A DNA stretch of 64,000 nt from Bacteroidota bacterium (GTDB lineage Bacteria > Bacteroidota > Ignavibacteria > OLB7), in NCBI GenBank assembly GCA_018266795.1, contig JAFDZV010000036.1:26971-90970 (forward strand), written 5' to 3'. The position numbers and the translations under genes are program-made. Every line of letters starts with the position of its first letter. Position 1 is the first letter of the stretch. Under the pieces are notes generated by a model. That model was not told the DNA's origin and did not search any database. It saw only the letters and a program-made list of their open reading frames with translations. This document shows, piece by piece, positions 38,206-47,540 of this stretch.

Positions 38206-39576
38206 ATGAACATGAAGAAGATCAATCGTGGCCTCTGGTCACTCGCGCTCGGACTGGTGATCGCTGGTGCTTTCGGGATCTCCGGGTGCAGCATCGACGA
38301 TTCGGTGAACCAGTCGCCGAACGGTATCAGCAGCGACAAGATCAAGTCGCGCGACGGTATGCTTGGCGTGCTGGTGGCGCTCCAGTCTGTGAGCGGCGAC
38401 TTCTACAGCGGCGACCGCTCGCGTGTCAACAGCATCTGGTCGTGGCAGATGGCCGGTACCGGTCAGGGCCGGCAGCAGCCGGTTGGATGGAATTCCTACG
38501 TGATGGATGTGGACGGGCCCACCAACGATAACTGGCTCAACGGTTATCGCGGCGTGAAGCTCGCGAACGATATCCTCACGATTGCTCCCACGGTGAACTT
38601 CGGCGGCGACAACGACAAGGCGCGCGCCACCATCATGGGGATCGCGGAGGTGTACAAGGCAGTCATCTTCGGTGAGCTTGCCGCTACGTACGGATCGATC
38701 CCAATCGAGATCGACGGGTTCACTCCCGCGCTGTTCGTGTCGCAGTCGCAGGCGTACGACGAGGTGCAGCGCCTCCTCACGAGCGCCCTCTCCCGCTTCG
38801 ACAACGCAACCACGATACAGCAGGATCTGAACTTCCAGGGCGATGGCGCGAAGTGGAAGGCGGTGATCCATTCGCTGAAGGCCCGCTATTTCCTCCATGT
38901 GAAGAAGTACGCCGAGGCGTTGAACGAGGTGGGGAACGGCATTGCCGATCCAACAGGCAACCTGATGGCGATCTACACGGACAATCCGAACGAGGTCTCG
39001 CCGTGGGGACACTGGACCGGCAACGAAGGTGAGCCGATCAAGGTGGAGAAGACCTACATGGACCTGTTGAAGAGCGAGGTTGGAGACAAGCGCCTGGACG
39101 AGTACTTCAACAAGAATGCCGACGGCAACTATCTCGGCTTCGCCGCACACGGCGAGGCGGGCGCAACGGCCGACGAGATGAACCCGGACAAGGTGTCCGG
39201 CCTGAAGAAGTACAGCCAGTTTGCGGACGACTTCCCGTTCATTACCTATGAGGAGAACGTGTTGATCCGTGCTGAGTGCGAGGCGCGCGTCGGGGCGCTT
39301 CCGAACGCCGTTACGGCCGTCAACGTGATTCGTACGGAGGCGGGGCTTCCGGACTTCGCATCCACGGACAAGGACGCCGCCATCACGGAGATCCTGAAGC
39401 AGAAGGATCTGCAGCTCTTCCTCGAAGGGCAGGCCTACACCGATCAGCGGCGCACCGGCACCACGGCGGAGCAGAACGTTCCGAAGCGGTGGATCTACCC
39501 GTCGAGCGAGAAGAACGCCAACCCGAACACGCCGGCGGACAACGACGCGCTGGTCAATGTGCTCGTTGGCCCATAG
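38206..39576 (+). CDS. SusD/RagB-family outer-membrane lipoprotein
   Basis: ATG at 38206 lies 17 nt after the SusC stop. Lipoprotein signal MNMKKINRGLWSLALGLVIAGAFGISGC. Helical TPR-like body, with a C-terminal ...QRRTGTTAEQNVPKRWIYPSSEKNANPN typical of SusD-like proteins. The track ORF start at 37318 is an in-frame read-through inside susC. Confidence 0.85.
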   Translation: MNMKKINRGLWSLALGLVIAGAFGISGCSIDDSVNQSPNGISSDKIKSRDGMLGVLVALQSVSGDFYSGDRSRVNSIWSWQMAGTGQGRQQPVGWNSYVMDVDGPTNDNWLNGYRGVKLANDILTIAPTVNFGGDNDKARATIMGIAEVYKAVIFGELAATYGSIPIEIDGFTPALFVSQSQAYDEVQRLLTSALSRFDNATTIQQDLNFQGDGAKWKAVIHSLKARYFLHVKKYAEALNEVGNGIADPTGNLMAIYTDNPNEVSPWGHWTGNEGEPIKVEKTYMDLLKSEVGDKRLDEYFNKNADGNYLGFAAHGEAGATADEMNPDKVSGLKKYSQFADDFPFITYEENVLIRAECEARVGALPNAVTAVNVIRTEAGLPDFASTDKDAAITEILKQKDLQLFLEGQAYTDQRRTGTTAEQNVPKRWIYPSSEKNANPNTPADNDALVNVLVGP

Positions 39577-39774
39577 GCTTCCCGCTTCATTGAAGCGTGC
39601 CCGGCATTTGTAGGAGATGATGGGCGCGATCATCGACGGCCCGGACTGCCAGCGTGCAGCCCGGGCCGTTCGGTTGAACGGGTTCGCTTCGTACCTTTGC
39701 AGGATTCATTCATCGGCGCGGCGCCATGCCGCCTGCGCCAGCGATTCAGAAACAGAGCAACAACGGCAACAGCG

Positions 39775-40906
39775 ATGTACGAGAACATTGAGGATAGACT
39801 GAACGACCAGCGCGTGAAGATCACCGACCTGCGGAGGTATCTTTGACATCGAACGCAAGGAACGTGATATAGCGGAGATGGAGGCGCGTTCGCAGGAGCC
39901 GGGCTTCTGGGACGACAACGTAGCCGCGCAGAAGGTGATGCGCGAGATTGCGACGCGCAAGGAGTGGGTGGAGCAGTGGAAGGCCGCCAGCCAGGCCGCC
40001 GACGATATCGGTGCGTTGATCGAGCTTGGGCGGGAGGCGGAGGATGACTCCATGGCCGGCGAGATGGAGACGGAGCTCTCCAGGCTCGGCGGGATGGTGG
40101 AGGGCCTGGAGTTCCGCAACATGCTCTCCGATCCGGATGACGTACGCGACGCCATCCTGAAGGTGCAGGCGGGAGCCGGAGGAACGGAGGCGCAGGACTG
40201 GGCGCAGATGCTGCTCCGGATGTACATGCGCTGGGCGGAGCGGAAGGGCTACAACATTGCGCTGCTCGATGAGCAGGAGGGAGATCAGGCCGGTCTGAAG
40301 TCCGCCTCCATCGAGATCAGCGGCCCGTATGCGTTCGGCAATCTCAAGTCGGAGAACGGCGTTCACCGTCTGGTGCGCATATCGCCCTACGATGCCGCCG
40401 CGCGCCGGCATACATCGTTCGCCTCGATCTTCGTGTATCCGGTTGTGGACGATGACGTTGCCGTGGAGATCAATCCTGCCGACGTCACGCTGGAGACGTT
40501 TCGCTCCGGCGGCAAGGGCGGGCAGAACGTGAACAAGGTGGAAACGGCCGTGCGCCTTCGGTACGACTACACCAGCCCGCGCGGCGATAAGCATCAGATC
40601 ATCGTGAGCTGCCAGGAGGAGCGCTCGCAGCTCCAGAACCGCGAACGCGCGATGAAGATGCTGAAGTCCGAAGTGTACGAGATCCTGCGGCGCGAGGAGG
40701 AGGAGCGGAAGGCCGCGATCGAGGGTGCGAAGAAGAAGATCGAATGGGGAAGCCAGGTGCGCAACTACGTGTTCCAGCCGTACACGCTCGTGAAGGATAC
40801 GCGCACCGGTGAGGAGACCGGTGACGTACAGGCGGTGATGAACGGCGAGATCGATCCGTTCATCAAGGCGTATCTGATGGAGTATGCAACGCCGCCCGGG
40901 GATTGA
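39775..40906 (+). CDS. prfB: Peptide chain release factor 2, expressed via programmed +1 frameshift
   Basis: Frame 0 reads ATG 39775 MYENIEDRLNDQRVKITDLRRYL, then TGA at 39844. The +1 frame from 39845 continues DIERKERDIAEMEARSQEPGFWDD...SGGKGGQNVNKVETAVRL (GGQ motif) to 40906. Confidence 0.95.
39833..39847 (+). promoter_or_regulatory. prfB: RF2 autoregulatory +1 frameshift site (internal SD-like GGAGG, then TAT CTT TGA C)
   Basis: The sequence GGAGGTATCTTTGAC has the same spacing and slippery CUU-UGA-C context as E. coli AGGGGGUAUCUUUGAC. Confidence 0.9.
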
Positions 40907-41085
40907 TTGCCTGCGTACTGCGCCTCGTGTGAGTCACGAAGCGCTTCGGAGGAACTCTGCGTGCCGTCGCGAGCTGCGCGACGGCGTTCGGGGAGTCGAA
41001 TGACGACGTTCCCCCGTGTCTGTAGAATTCGGCCTGCCCCGGTACGTTCGCGTGACGGGGCAGATGCCGGCCATCGTCGAGTGGA

Positions 41086-41595
41086 ATGATGAAGCTGCCG
41101 TTCGCTGTGTTTCTGCTTTCGCTGCTGCTGATGATGCCGCGGGTTCCGGTGCTTGCCCAGGCGCAGCACACTCGTCCGATCCCGCCATCGCCCCCAACGC
41201 ACTATCTCTCCTTCGAGGCGATCGCCATCTCCTCGGTGAATTTCTCCTACGAGTATCGGATGAACGACTATTTCCGTGGACGCACGGGGATTACGTCCAT
41301 CCCGACATTCAATCCGGCCAACGCACGAGTCGGGGTGCCGTTGATGGCCTCCTTCGTGGCGGGTGGCGAAGTCGTCAAGGTGGAGGTTGGCGGCGGCGCG
41401 ATATTTCCACTCGGGAATGGTTCCGTTGTCGCAACCGGTGTGCTGGCGATTCGCTTCGAGCCGAGAGACTACGGCCTGTTCGGTTCGCTTGGCTGGCGGC
41501 CGGTCTTCATGCCGACGTCGGAGGATGCGTTCGCCGATTTCGTCCGCATCTTCCCGCTGCTCGGCGTTGGAGCGCGCATCGGATACTGCTTCTAG
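41086..41595 (+). CDS. Small secreted / outer-membrane-like hypothetical protein (169 aa)
   Basis: Signal peptide MMKLPFAVFLLSLLLMMPRVPVLAQA. Alternating beta-strand-like sequence ending in aromatic ...GARIGYCF. I prefer it to the overlapping 41016-41948 ORF, which is Arg/Gly-rich. Confidence 0.6.
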   Translation: MMKLPFAVFLLSLLLMMPRVPVLAQAQHTRPIPPSPPTHYLSFEAIAISSVNFSYEYRMNDYFRGRTGITSIPTFNPANARVGVPLMASFVAGGEVVKVEVGGGAIFPLGNGSVVATGVLAIRFEPRDYGLFGSLGWRPVFMPTSEDAFADFVRIFPLLGVGARIGYCF

Positions 41596-41684
41596 GCTTT
41601 ATCCGACAATCTTGTCCGGGCCGGACCGCGGGCCCTGGTGCCCATCGCGACGTTGCACTTCGTGCAGAGAAGTGCCGTACGGAA

Positions 41685-41927
41685 TTACTCATCCGCGGTA
41701 TGATCGGACGTATCGCCTGCGTCGGAGGAATGCCGGCCGGTGCGCTGGCGCATGTAGGAGCGGGCCACGAACGCGGACGCGACCAGGAAGATCACCATCA
41801 ACCCCACCTCGATCCAATCCGAGAGTATCCACGATCTGAACGCCACCCTGCCGCCGTTCGATGCGATCCAGAGATCGGCCATGATGACGCTCGTGAAGAA
41901 GAGAAGGGCAGCAAGGATCGGTTTCAT
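41685..41927 (-). CDS. Small two-TM membrane protein (80 aa)
   Basis: ATG at 41927: MKPILAALLFFTSVIMADLW...WIEVGLMVIFLVASAFVARSY, followed by a charged tail. No family recognised. Confidence 0.45.
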   Translation of the reverse strand: MKPILAALLFFTSVIMADLWIASNGGRVAFRSWILSDWIEVGLMVIFLVASAFVARSYMRQRTGRHSSDAGDTSDHTADE

Positions 41928-42078
41928 GCGTGCATGTGTGAATACTGAATCGATACCGGCCGCCATCGCGGTTGCGTGAACGAAGATACGACCTCCGCGG
42001 CCTTTGCGTCCCTCGGTGCCCATTCTCCGGCGATGGAAGGAGTCTGGCAATACACGACTTCCGTATCTTGGCCGGCCT

Positions 42079-42735
42079 ATGAGCACAGCGGACTACTATC
42101 TCGAGAAGGATGCATCCTACTATGCACTGGTGCGCTACGATGTGATCGGAATGATTCCGCGCGGCGTTCGCCGGATGCTGGACATCGGTTGCAGCAACGG
42201 CGCAACCTCCGCGGTGGCCAAGGAGCAGTTGGGGATCGAGGAGACGGTGGGAGTGGAGCCGTTCGCTTCCAGTGCGGCGCTGGCGGCCGGGCACATGGAT
42301 CGTGTGATCAACGCGGACATCGAGGTGCTGGAGGATCTGGGCTTTCCGGAGGGATACTTCGACTGCATCATCTGCGCCGATGTGCTGGAGCATCTGCGCG
42401 ATCCCTGGGCCGTACTCCGATTCCTTCGCAGGTATCTGAGCGACGACGGATGTCTCATCGCCAGCATCCCGAACATCCAGCACATCGTTCCGCTGCTGAA
42501 GATGGCGCGCAACCGGTTCGAGTACGAGGAGCACGGCATCCTGGATAGGACTCATCTCCGGTTCTTCACGCTTCACACGATGATCCGCATGTTCAACGAT
42601 AGCGGGTTTGCGGTGGAGATGGTGGAATCGAATCGCAGCAACAGCCTGCCCTACAGGCTCGCCACCATCGCATCCCTCGGCCTCTTCCGCCCGTTCACCG
42701 TCTTTCAGTACCGCCTCCGCTGCCGCAAGGCGTAG
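42079..42735 (+). CDS. Class I SAM-dependent methyltransferase (218 aa)
   Basis: Motif I MLDIGCSNG, post-I VGVEP, and FDCIICADVLEHLRDPWAVLRFLRRYLSDDGCLIASIPN (Methyltransf_11/23-like). Confidence 0.8.
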   Translation: MSTADYYLEKDASYYALVRYDVIGMIPRGVRRMLDIGCSNGATSAVAKEQLGIEETVGVEPFASSAALAAGHMDRVINADIEVLEDLGFPEGYFDCIICADVLEHLRDPWAVLRFLRRYLSDDGCLIASIPNIQHIVPLLKMARNRFEYEEHGILDRTHLRFFTLHTMIRMFNDSGFAVEMVESNRSNSLPYRLATIASLGLFRPFTVFQYRLRCRKA

Positions 42736-42804
42736 CGCCTGCAGAGGGGGGGGGCGTCCGAAGGTGCTCGAGCGTTGTGATGCGAGCACAACGGGGACTG
42801 CGCG

Positions 42805-43479
42805 TCAACGTTCGCGCCACTCGATCCCTTCGCGCATTGTCGCGCCGGGCTGGCCTCCGATTACGGCATTCGGCGTGGAGAGCGCCCGTGAAATCAACGA
42901 ACCAGCCGCCACTACGCAGCCGTCCGGAATTACCGCCCCTTTCAGTATCAGACTCCTGCAGCCGACCCAGACATGTTCTCCGATCACGACGGGAGTGTCG
43001 GGGTTCAGAAGGGCGCCGTTCGCGTCGTGAATCGGATGGAAGTCCGTATCCATTATCTGAATGTCCCACGACAGGAGCGAGCCGGCTCCGATCGTAATCG
43101 CGCAGTGACTGATGATCGCGGTCTCGGCGGTAACGTTCACGTCGCTGCCCACGGTGAGCACCGCGCCGGTGTGAACGGAGAGCTTCGTGCCGTGCCCCAT
43201 CCCGCAGCGTCCCTTGAACACCACGCTTCCGCCCACATCCCAGATGGAGCGCGAGCGATGTTGGTCGAAGATGCTTACCTGCCCGAAGCCCAGATGAATC
43301 ATGCGCGGCCGCACCGGCCCTTCGATCGCAACGGACCCCTTCATCCGAAACAGCCAGACGCGATGCGATACGATGATCGGGAACCTCAGCGCGTCGCGAA
43401 GCGGCAGATACCGGAGATTGAAGATGATGGTCTTCGGGAGAGCGAGGAGGAAGAGGATAACGGAGCGAAGCGTCTGCAT
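42805..43479 (-). CDS. Hexapeptide-repeat (left-handed beta-helix) acyl/acetyltransferase (224 aa)
   Basis: An N-terminal hydrophobic helix is followed by LbH-type repeats: VGGSVVFKGRCGMGHGTKLSVHTGAVLTVGSDVNVTAETAIISHCAITIGAGSLLSWDIQIMDTDFHPI...VIGEHVWVGCRSLILKGAVIPDGCVVAAGSLI. This resembles WcaF/colanic-acid-type O-acetyltransferases. Confidence 0.8.
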   Translation of the reverse strand: MQTLRSVILFLLALPKTIIFNLRYLPLRDALRFPIIVSHRVWLFRMKGSVAIEGPVRPRMIHLGFGQVSIFDQHRSRSIWDVGGSVVFKGRCGMGHGTKLSVHTGAVLTVGSDVNVTAETAIISHCAITIGAGSLLSWDIQIMDTDFHPIHDANGALLNPDTPVVIGEHVWVGCRSLILKGAVIPDGCVVAAGSLISRALSTPNAVIGGQPGATMREGIEWRER

Positions 43480-43615
43480 GGGTTCCTATCAAACGGCTGA
43501 TCAGGTTATCAGCGGTCGTTCACGACTGAGGGCCTGGTTCTTCGTACGCTCGCCTGCGGCTCGCCGAGAGTTCCTGGCAGCCGCACGGAAAAGCCGAGCG
43601 GAAGCGAGCCGCATG

Positions 43616-45130
43616 CTACGACCTCTGCCCCCTGCGCGTGCCGAAGATACGACCGATCGAGCGACGGAGCACGCTCAGCAGAAGCGCGAGGAGCGATTGT
43701 CCCGATTGCGAGGACCGCATGCCCAGCATCATGTGCAGGTCGTGGATGTCGGTTCGCGACAACCGGCTGGTAGCGGAGTCGATGGCGGTGGAGGCGGAGA
43801 GCACGTCCTTCAGAAGCTCGTTCAGGCGGTTTGCCATCTCCTGCAACTGGCGCATCTGCGACTCGGACCCGCCGGACTTCAACAGCATCTGTACATGCTC
43901 GTACAGCAGGGCCGCCTCGCGCAGGGCATCCGCGTCTATCCCCTCCTGAAAATCCTCCTCGACCTCTGCCAGCAGTTCGCGGATCTCCTCGATCTCGCTC
44001 TCGCGAAGCGTGAAGATCGCATCGGAGGAGATGTCGTTCACGTTGACGAAGACGGAGGAGAGCTCCTCGATCTCGCGCCCGTAGCTCCGCTTCAGTTTGT
44101 CCGTGATGGCGGATCGCACCTGCTCCACGCGGCGAGCCAGCGAGACGGCCTTGTCCGAGGATGTCTTGCTGACCTGCGCGCGCGTGATGCGCAACTCCTC
44201 CTCCAGCTGTACAAGGTTGCGCTGCTCCGCGCTGGAGCCGCGGCGCGCGAGGTCGTGCAGCAGCTTGTCGTCAGGGATGATCGTGGCGTTGCCGATCTTG
44301 ATCGTGTTGATTCGGATCGTGTCACCGAGCGCGGAGCGGATCTTCTCCACATCCAGATGGCAGGCGCCGTCGGTCACCATCAGGATCTCCGCGCCGGAGA
44401 GCGTGGACTGCGCCCGGATGTCGTCAGCGGCCTGAAGAATCGCGCGCTCCATCACCGTGCCGTTTCCCAGTCTGCTCAGGCGCATGACGTAGCGAATAAG
44501 GCTCCACAGCCCGCTGCTGTCGGTTGCGGTCTGCAGCGGCCCCAGATCGGTATCGAACGTCCGGAGATAGATGTGCCCCAGCTCGCGCAGGTTGCGCTTC
44601 AGAAAGACGTAGGTCACTGCCTTGGCCATCTGAAAGCGATGGTGCGATGTCATCGAGGTGGAGGTATCCAGCAGGAGATAGACCTTCTGCTTGAAGTTGT
44701 TCGGGGAGTAGTCCGAACCGGAGGAACCGAAGGGGATGATAACCGGCGTGCGCGGCACGTTGATCCAGAGCGAGCGCGTGGCCAGGCGATGCATGAACAC
44801 TTCGTCCGGCAGCAGATACTGATGCGGAAAGATCCGCTTGATGTCGCTGATGTTCTGCATCAGTGCGGCCTCGTACTCCTCGCCGTGCGTCACGTTCCGA
44901 TTGGGCACCCATTCGCGCGATGCAGGCTCGCGCTTCGGCTCCACGATCGCGGAGACCGTCATTACCGATTCGATGGATCGGAAGAGCGGCGAGTCCGGAT
45001 CCTCCAGGACACGGGCAATCTCGAAGACCGCCGTGAAGTCCTCGGGAAGAAGTTCATCGAGCCCGCGGAGGTAGCCGAATTCCTCCATGTGCTCGAAGAA
45101 GGAGCTATGCGTGAGAACCGCATGGCGCAT
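43616..45130 (-). CDS. von Willebrand factor A (VWA) domain protein with a long C-terminal coiled-coil (504 aa)
   Basis: MIDAS motif VYLLLDTSTSMT, with later NGT and MVTDG elements. The C-terminal 190 aa or so are Glu/Leu/Arg-rich and helical, ending in the hydrophobic SLLALLLSVL. Its ATG overlaps the stop of the upstream AAA+ gene (TGATG). Confidence 0.8.
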   Translation of the reverse strand: MRHAVLTHSSFFEHMEEFGYLRGLDELLPEDFTAVFEIARVLEDPDSPLFRSIESVMTVSAIVEPKREPASREWVPNRNVTHGEEYEAALMQNISDIKRIFPHQYLLPDEVFMHRLATRSLWINVPRTPVIIPFGSSGSDYSPNNFKQKVYLLLDTSTSMTSHHRFQMAKAVTYVFLKRNLRELGHIYLRTFDTDLGPLQTATDSSGLWSLIRYVMRLSRLGNGTVMERAILQAADDIRAQSTLSGAEILMVTDGACHLDVEKIRSALGDTIRINTIKIGNATIIPDDKLLHDLARRGSSAEQRNLVQLEEELRITRAQVSKTSSDKAVSLARRVEQVRSAITDKLKRSYGREIEELSSVFVNVNDISSDAIFTLRESEIEEIRELLAEVEEDFQEGIDADALREAALLYEHVQMLLKSGGSESQMRQLQEMANRLNELLKDVLSASTAIDSATSRLSRTDIHDLHMMLGMRSSQSGQSLLALLLSVLRRSIGRIFGTRRGQRS

Positions 45131-46455
45131 CAGTGAAGCGGCGTCTCGATGCTGTTGCGAACGTTGAAGATCACGTGTGCGTCGTACTGGAGCTTGGATC
45201 GAAGCTCCCGCACCTCGTCCGTTGCCGGCTGGAATCGTTCAAGGTACTCGGTAACCAGGCGTCGGTTGTTCTCCACGGCCACATCCGCCATGCCGAACGC
45301 CTCGCGGGCCCACTCGCGCAGCGTCCGTTTGATCGGCATGTTCTCGATGTTCGTGATCGGCTGGCTGAGCAGGTCGGGCTGTGCCTTCAACTGATCCAGC
45401 AGCGCCTTGAAATCGAGCAGCGTCTTCAACTGCTCCATCGCCTGGCTTGCGAGGAACTGATGCTGAAGGGTCTGCGTGGCCTTGGTCCAGGCGGCGCGTT
45501 CGTCGTCCAGCCCGACCGTGGTGAAGAGTACGTAGAGCTTGTCCACGTCGCTCTGCGTTACCGTTGTTCGCCCATGCATGAAGGCGATTGCGCGGAGCAG
45601 ATCGAACGCCTTCACCTGCTTGCGCGGGGAGATGTAGTAGTCGCGCTGATGAGCGGCCGGAGAGCCCTGCGCCAGGCTTCGGTTGCGCAGTTCCTCGTAG
45701 TATCGTATTACGATATTGGTATAGTACGCGATCTCGTTCGGCACGGTGATCTGCATGATCGGGCTCGTGCCCTGGCAGATCCGGGTTACCTCCAGGAGAG
45801 TGGCGAACGAAATCCGTTTCGGAGGGACCACGGGCTGGCCGCCGTGCATCAGATACTGCTGCGAGATGCGGTACTGATGATAGGGGTCCTTGTCCGGGAA
45901 CACAACGGACTGGTAGGTGAAGCGGTCCAGCAGCGCCTCGGTGATCTCGCTGATGCGCAGATAGTTGGTTGCGGCGATCACGGTATGGATGGCCGCGCGC
46001 TGCCGCTGAATGCCGAGGATCAACTCGCGTTCGTTCAGGAGCGAGAGGAGGGCGCGGAGCGTGAAGTCGTTGGCATCGAAGATCTCGTCGATGAATCCGA
46101 ACTCGCTTTCAACGAGCGACCCCTCCGTATTGTGAACGATCTTCCCCACCTTCAGCTCCTCCACGTTGAGGCCGCCGAAGTAGGTGTCCGGCTGCTGCTC
46201 CTTCGAGGCCTGCACCTTGAAGTAGCGCGCGTCGGTGAACATGAGGAACACCTGTTCGGTCAGCAGCGACTTGCCGACGCCCGTACGGCTCTGAATCAGC
46301 GCGTGCTCGCCCGTCAGCAGGGCGCAGAAGAGCTGTTCGATCACGTCGGTGCGATTGATGACGCGGCGGTTGACGAAGTCGATGGCGTCCTGGAGGTCGA
46401 GGATAACCTGCTGGGAGTTGAATGCAGTGCTGGCAGCTTCTGTCACGGAGCGCAC
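45130..46455 (-). CDS. RavA/MoxR-like AAA+ ATPase (441 aa)
   Basis: Walker A IQSRTGVGKSLL, Walker B GFIDEIFDAN, then the sensor region LRALLSLLNERELI...VIAATN...ALLDRF. GTG start at 46455. It is coupled to the downstream VWA gene, the classic MoxR/RavA-VWA(ViaA) arrangement. Confidence 0.8.
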   Translation of the reverse strand: MRSVTEAASTAFNSQQVILDLQDAIDFVNRRVINRTDVIEQLFCALLTGEHALIQSRTGVGKSLLTEQVFLMFTDARYFKVQASKEQQPDTYFGGLNVEELKVGKIVHNTEGSLVESEFGFIDEIFDANDFTLRALLSLLNERELILGIQRQRAAIHTVIAATNYLRISEITEALLDRFTYQSVVFPDKDPYHQYRISQQYLMHGGQPVVPPKRISFATLLEVTRICQGTSPIMQITVPNEIAYYTNIVIRYYEELRNRSLAQGSPAAHQRDYYISPRKQVKAFDLLRAIAFMHGRTTVTQSDVDKLYVLFTTVGLDDERAAWTKATQTLQHQFLASQAMEQLKTLLDFKALLDQLKAQPDLLSQPITNIENMPIKRTLREWAREAFGMADVAVENNRRLVTEYLERFQPATDEVRELRSKLQYDAHVIFNVRNSIETPLH

Positions 46456-46612
46456 TCTCCTTGGTTGGCGGAACCGGTATGAAGGATCTGCCGATCCGGC
46501 GGCCGGGGGTGCGAAGGCCCTGCCGGGTCAACGGGCGAATATACGTTTCAAACCACGCAACACATCATCGTTTCCATCACCGGATCTATATTCGCCGGCG
46601 CTCGGATCTCTC

Positions 46613-47497
46613 ATGAATATCTACTTCGCCTACGGGCTTACCCTCGCCTCGGAACTCGAGCTTCCCTCCCTCGCACGCGGGGAGGGGCGCGCGGACATTG
46701 CCGTGCGCCTCGGCGTACCTGCGGAACGCCCGCCGTCGGAGATCGGCATCCATGGCTACTACGCGCTGGGGCCGGCAGTGGCCCACTACGTGTGGCGGGG
46801 TGTCGGCTGCTTTGCGGTCAGGGATGGCAGTGAGATCGTCGCGGAGCTGGAGCCGGGCGCGGACGATGCCTCGGTGGCCAACCTGATTACCGGCTCGCTT
46901 CTCGCCATCGCAATGCATCAGCGCGGTCTTCTCGTGCTGCACGGATGCGGTGTCGAAATCGGCGGCCATGTGGTCGGCTTCGTTGCCGATACGGGAGGGG
47001 GGAAGTCCACCACGGCCGCAGCGTTCGTACGCGCCGGGTATCCGATGGTGACGGACGATCTGCTCGTGATCGAGCCGGGGCCTAACGGCACCCTTCCGGT
47101 TGTTCGTTCCGGGCCTGCCCGGATGAAGCTATGGCCGGATACGCTTCGCACGTTCGGGCATGAGCCGGGAAGTCTGCCGAAGGTGGTAGGCCCGCGCGAC
47201 AAACGGTTGATCGATGCAGATCTGCATACGGGCGCCGCGTGGTTGCCGCTGGCTGCGATTCACGAGCTCGCGTGGGGGGAGGAAACCCGGATCGAACCGC
47301 TTGCGCCGCAGGAGGCGCTCCTTGCGCTGGTTCGCAACTCCTACTGCGTAAAGCTTCTGGACCGTATGGGGAACCAGGGAGCGTTCCTGCAGTTGTGTGC
47401 TCTTCTGGCATCGCAGGTGCCGGTGCGGCGGCTGGTGCGGGTTCGCGATCTGGATCGGCTGGAGGAGTTGGTGGAAAATATGAGATATGAAATATGA
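46613..47497 (+). CDS. HPr kinase/phosphorylase C-terminal-domain-like (HprK-related) kinase (294 aa)
   Basis: LVLHGCGVEIGGHVVGFVADTGGGKSTTAAAFVRAGY resembles the HprK P-loop region (hHG..v...G.GVLi.G.SG.GKS..A). ATG at 46613 (MNIYFAYGL). It is divergent from the AAA+/VWA pair. Confidence 0.65.
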   Translation: MNIYFAYGLTLASELELPSLARGEGRADIAVRLGVPAERPPSEIGIHGYYALGPAVAHYVWRGVGCFAVRDGSEIVAELEPGADDASVANLITGSLLAIAMHQRGLLVLHGCGVEIGGHVVGFVADTGGGKSTTAAAFVRAGYPMVTDDLLVIEPGPNGTLPVVRSGPARMKLWPDTLRTFGHEPGSLPKVVGPRDKRLIDADLHTGAAWLPLAAIHELAWGEETRIEPLAPQEALLALVRNSYCVKLLDRMGNQGAFLQLCALLASQVPVRRLVRVRDLDRLEELVENMRYEI

Positions 47498-47540
47498 AGG
47501 TGTCCGCTCAGTGACCCGACGGGTTCGGGGAATCAGATAT

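Noticed and set aside
35666-39633. Long antisense ORFs opposite susC (35666-38059) and susD (38239-39633)
   Set aside because: The sense strand encodes unmistakable SusC/SusD signatures (signal peptides, plug domain, lipobox, terminal beta-strand).
43301-46482. 611-aa and 449-aa + strand ORFs overlapping the VWA and AAA+ genes
   Set aside because: The - strand frames carry Walker A/B and MIDAS motifs and are translationally coupled. The + frames are Arg/Leu/His-rich mirror artefacts.
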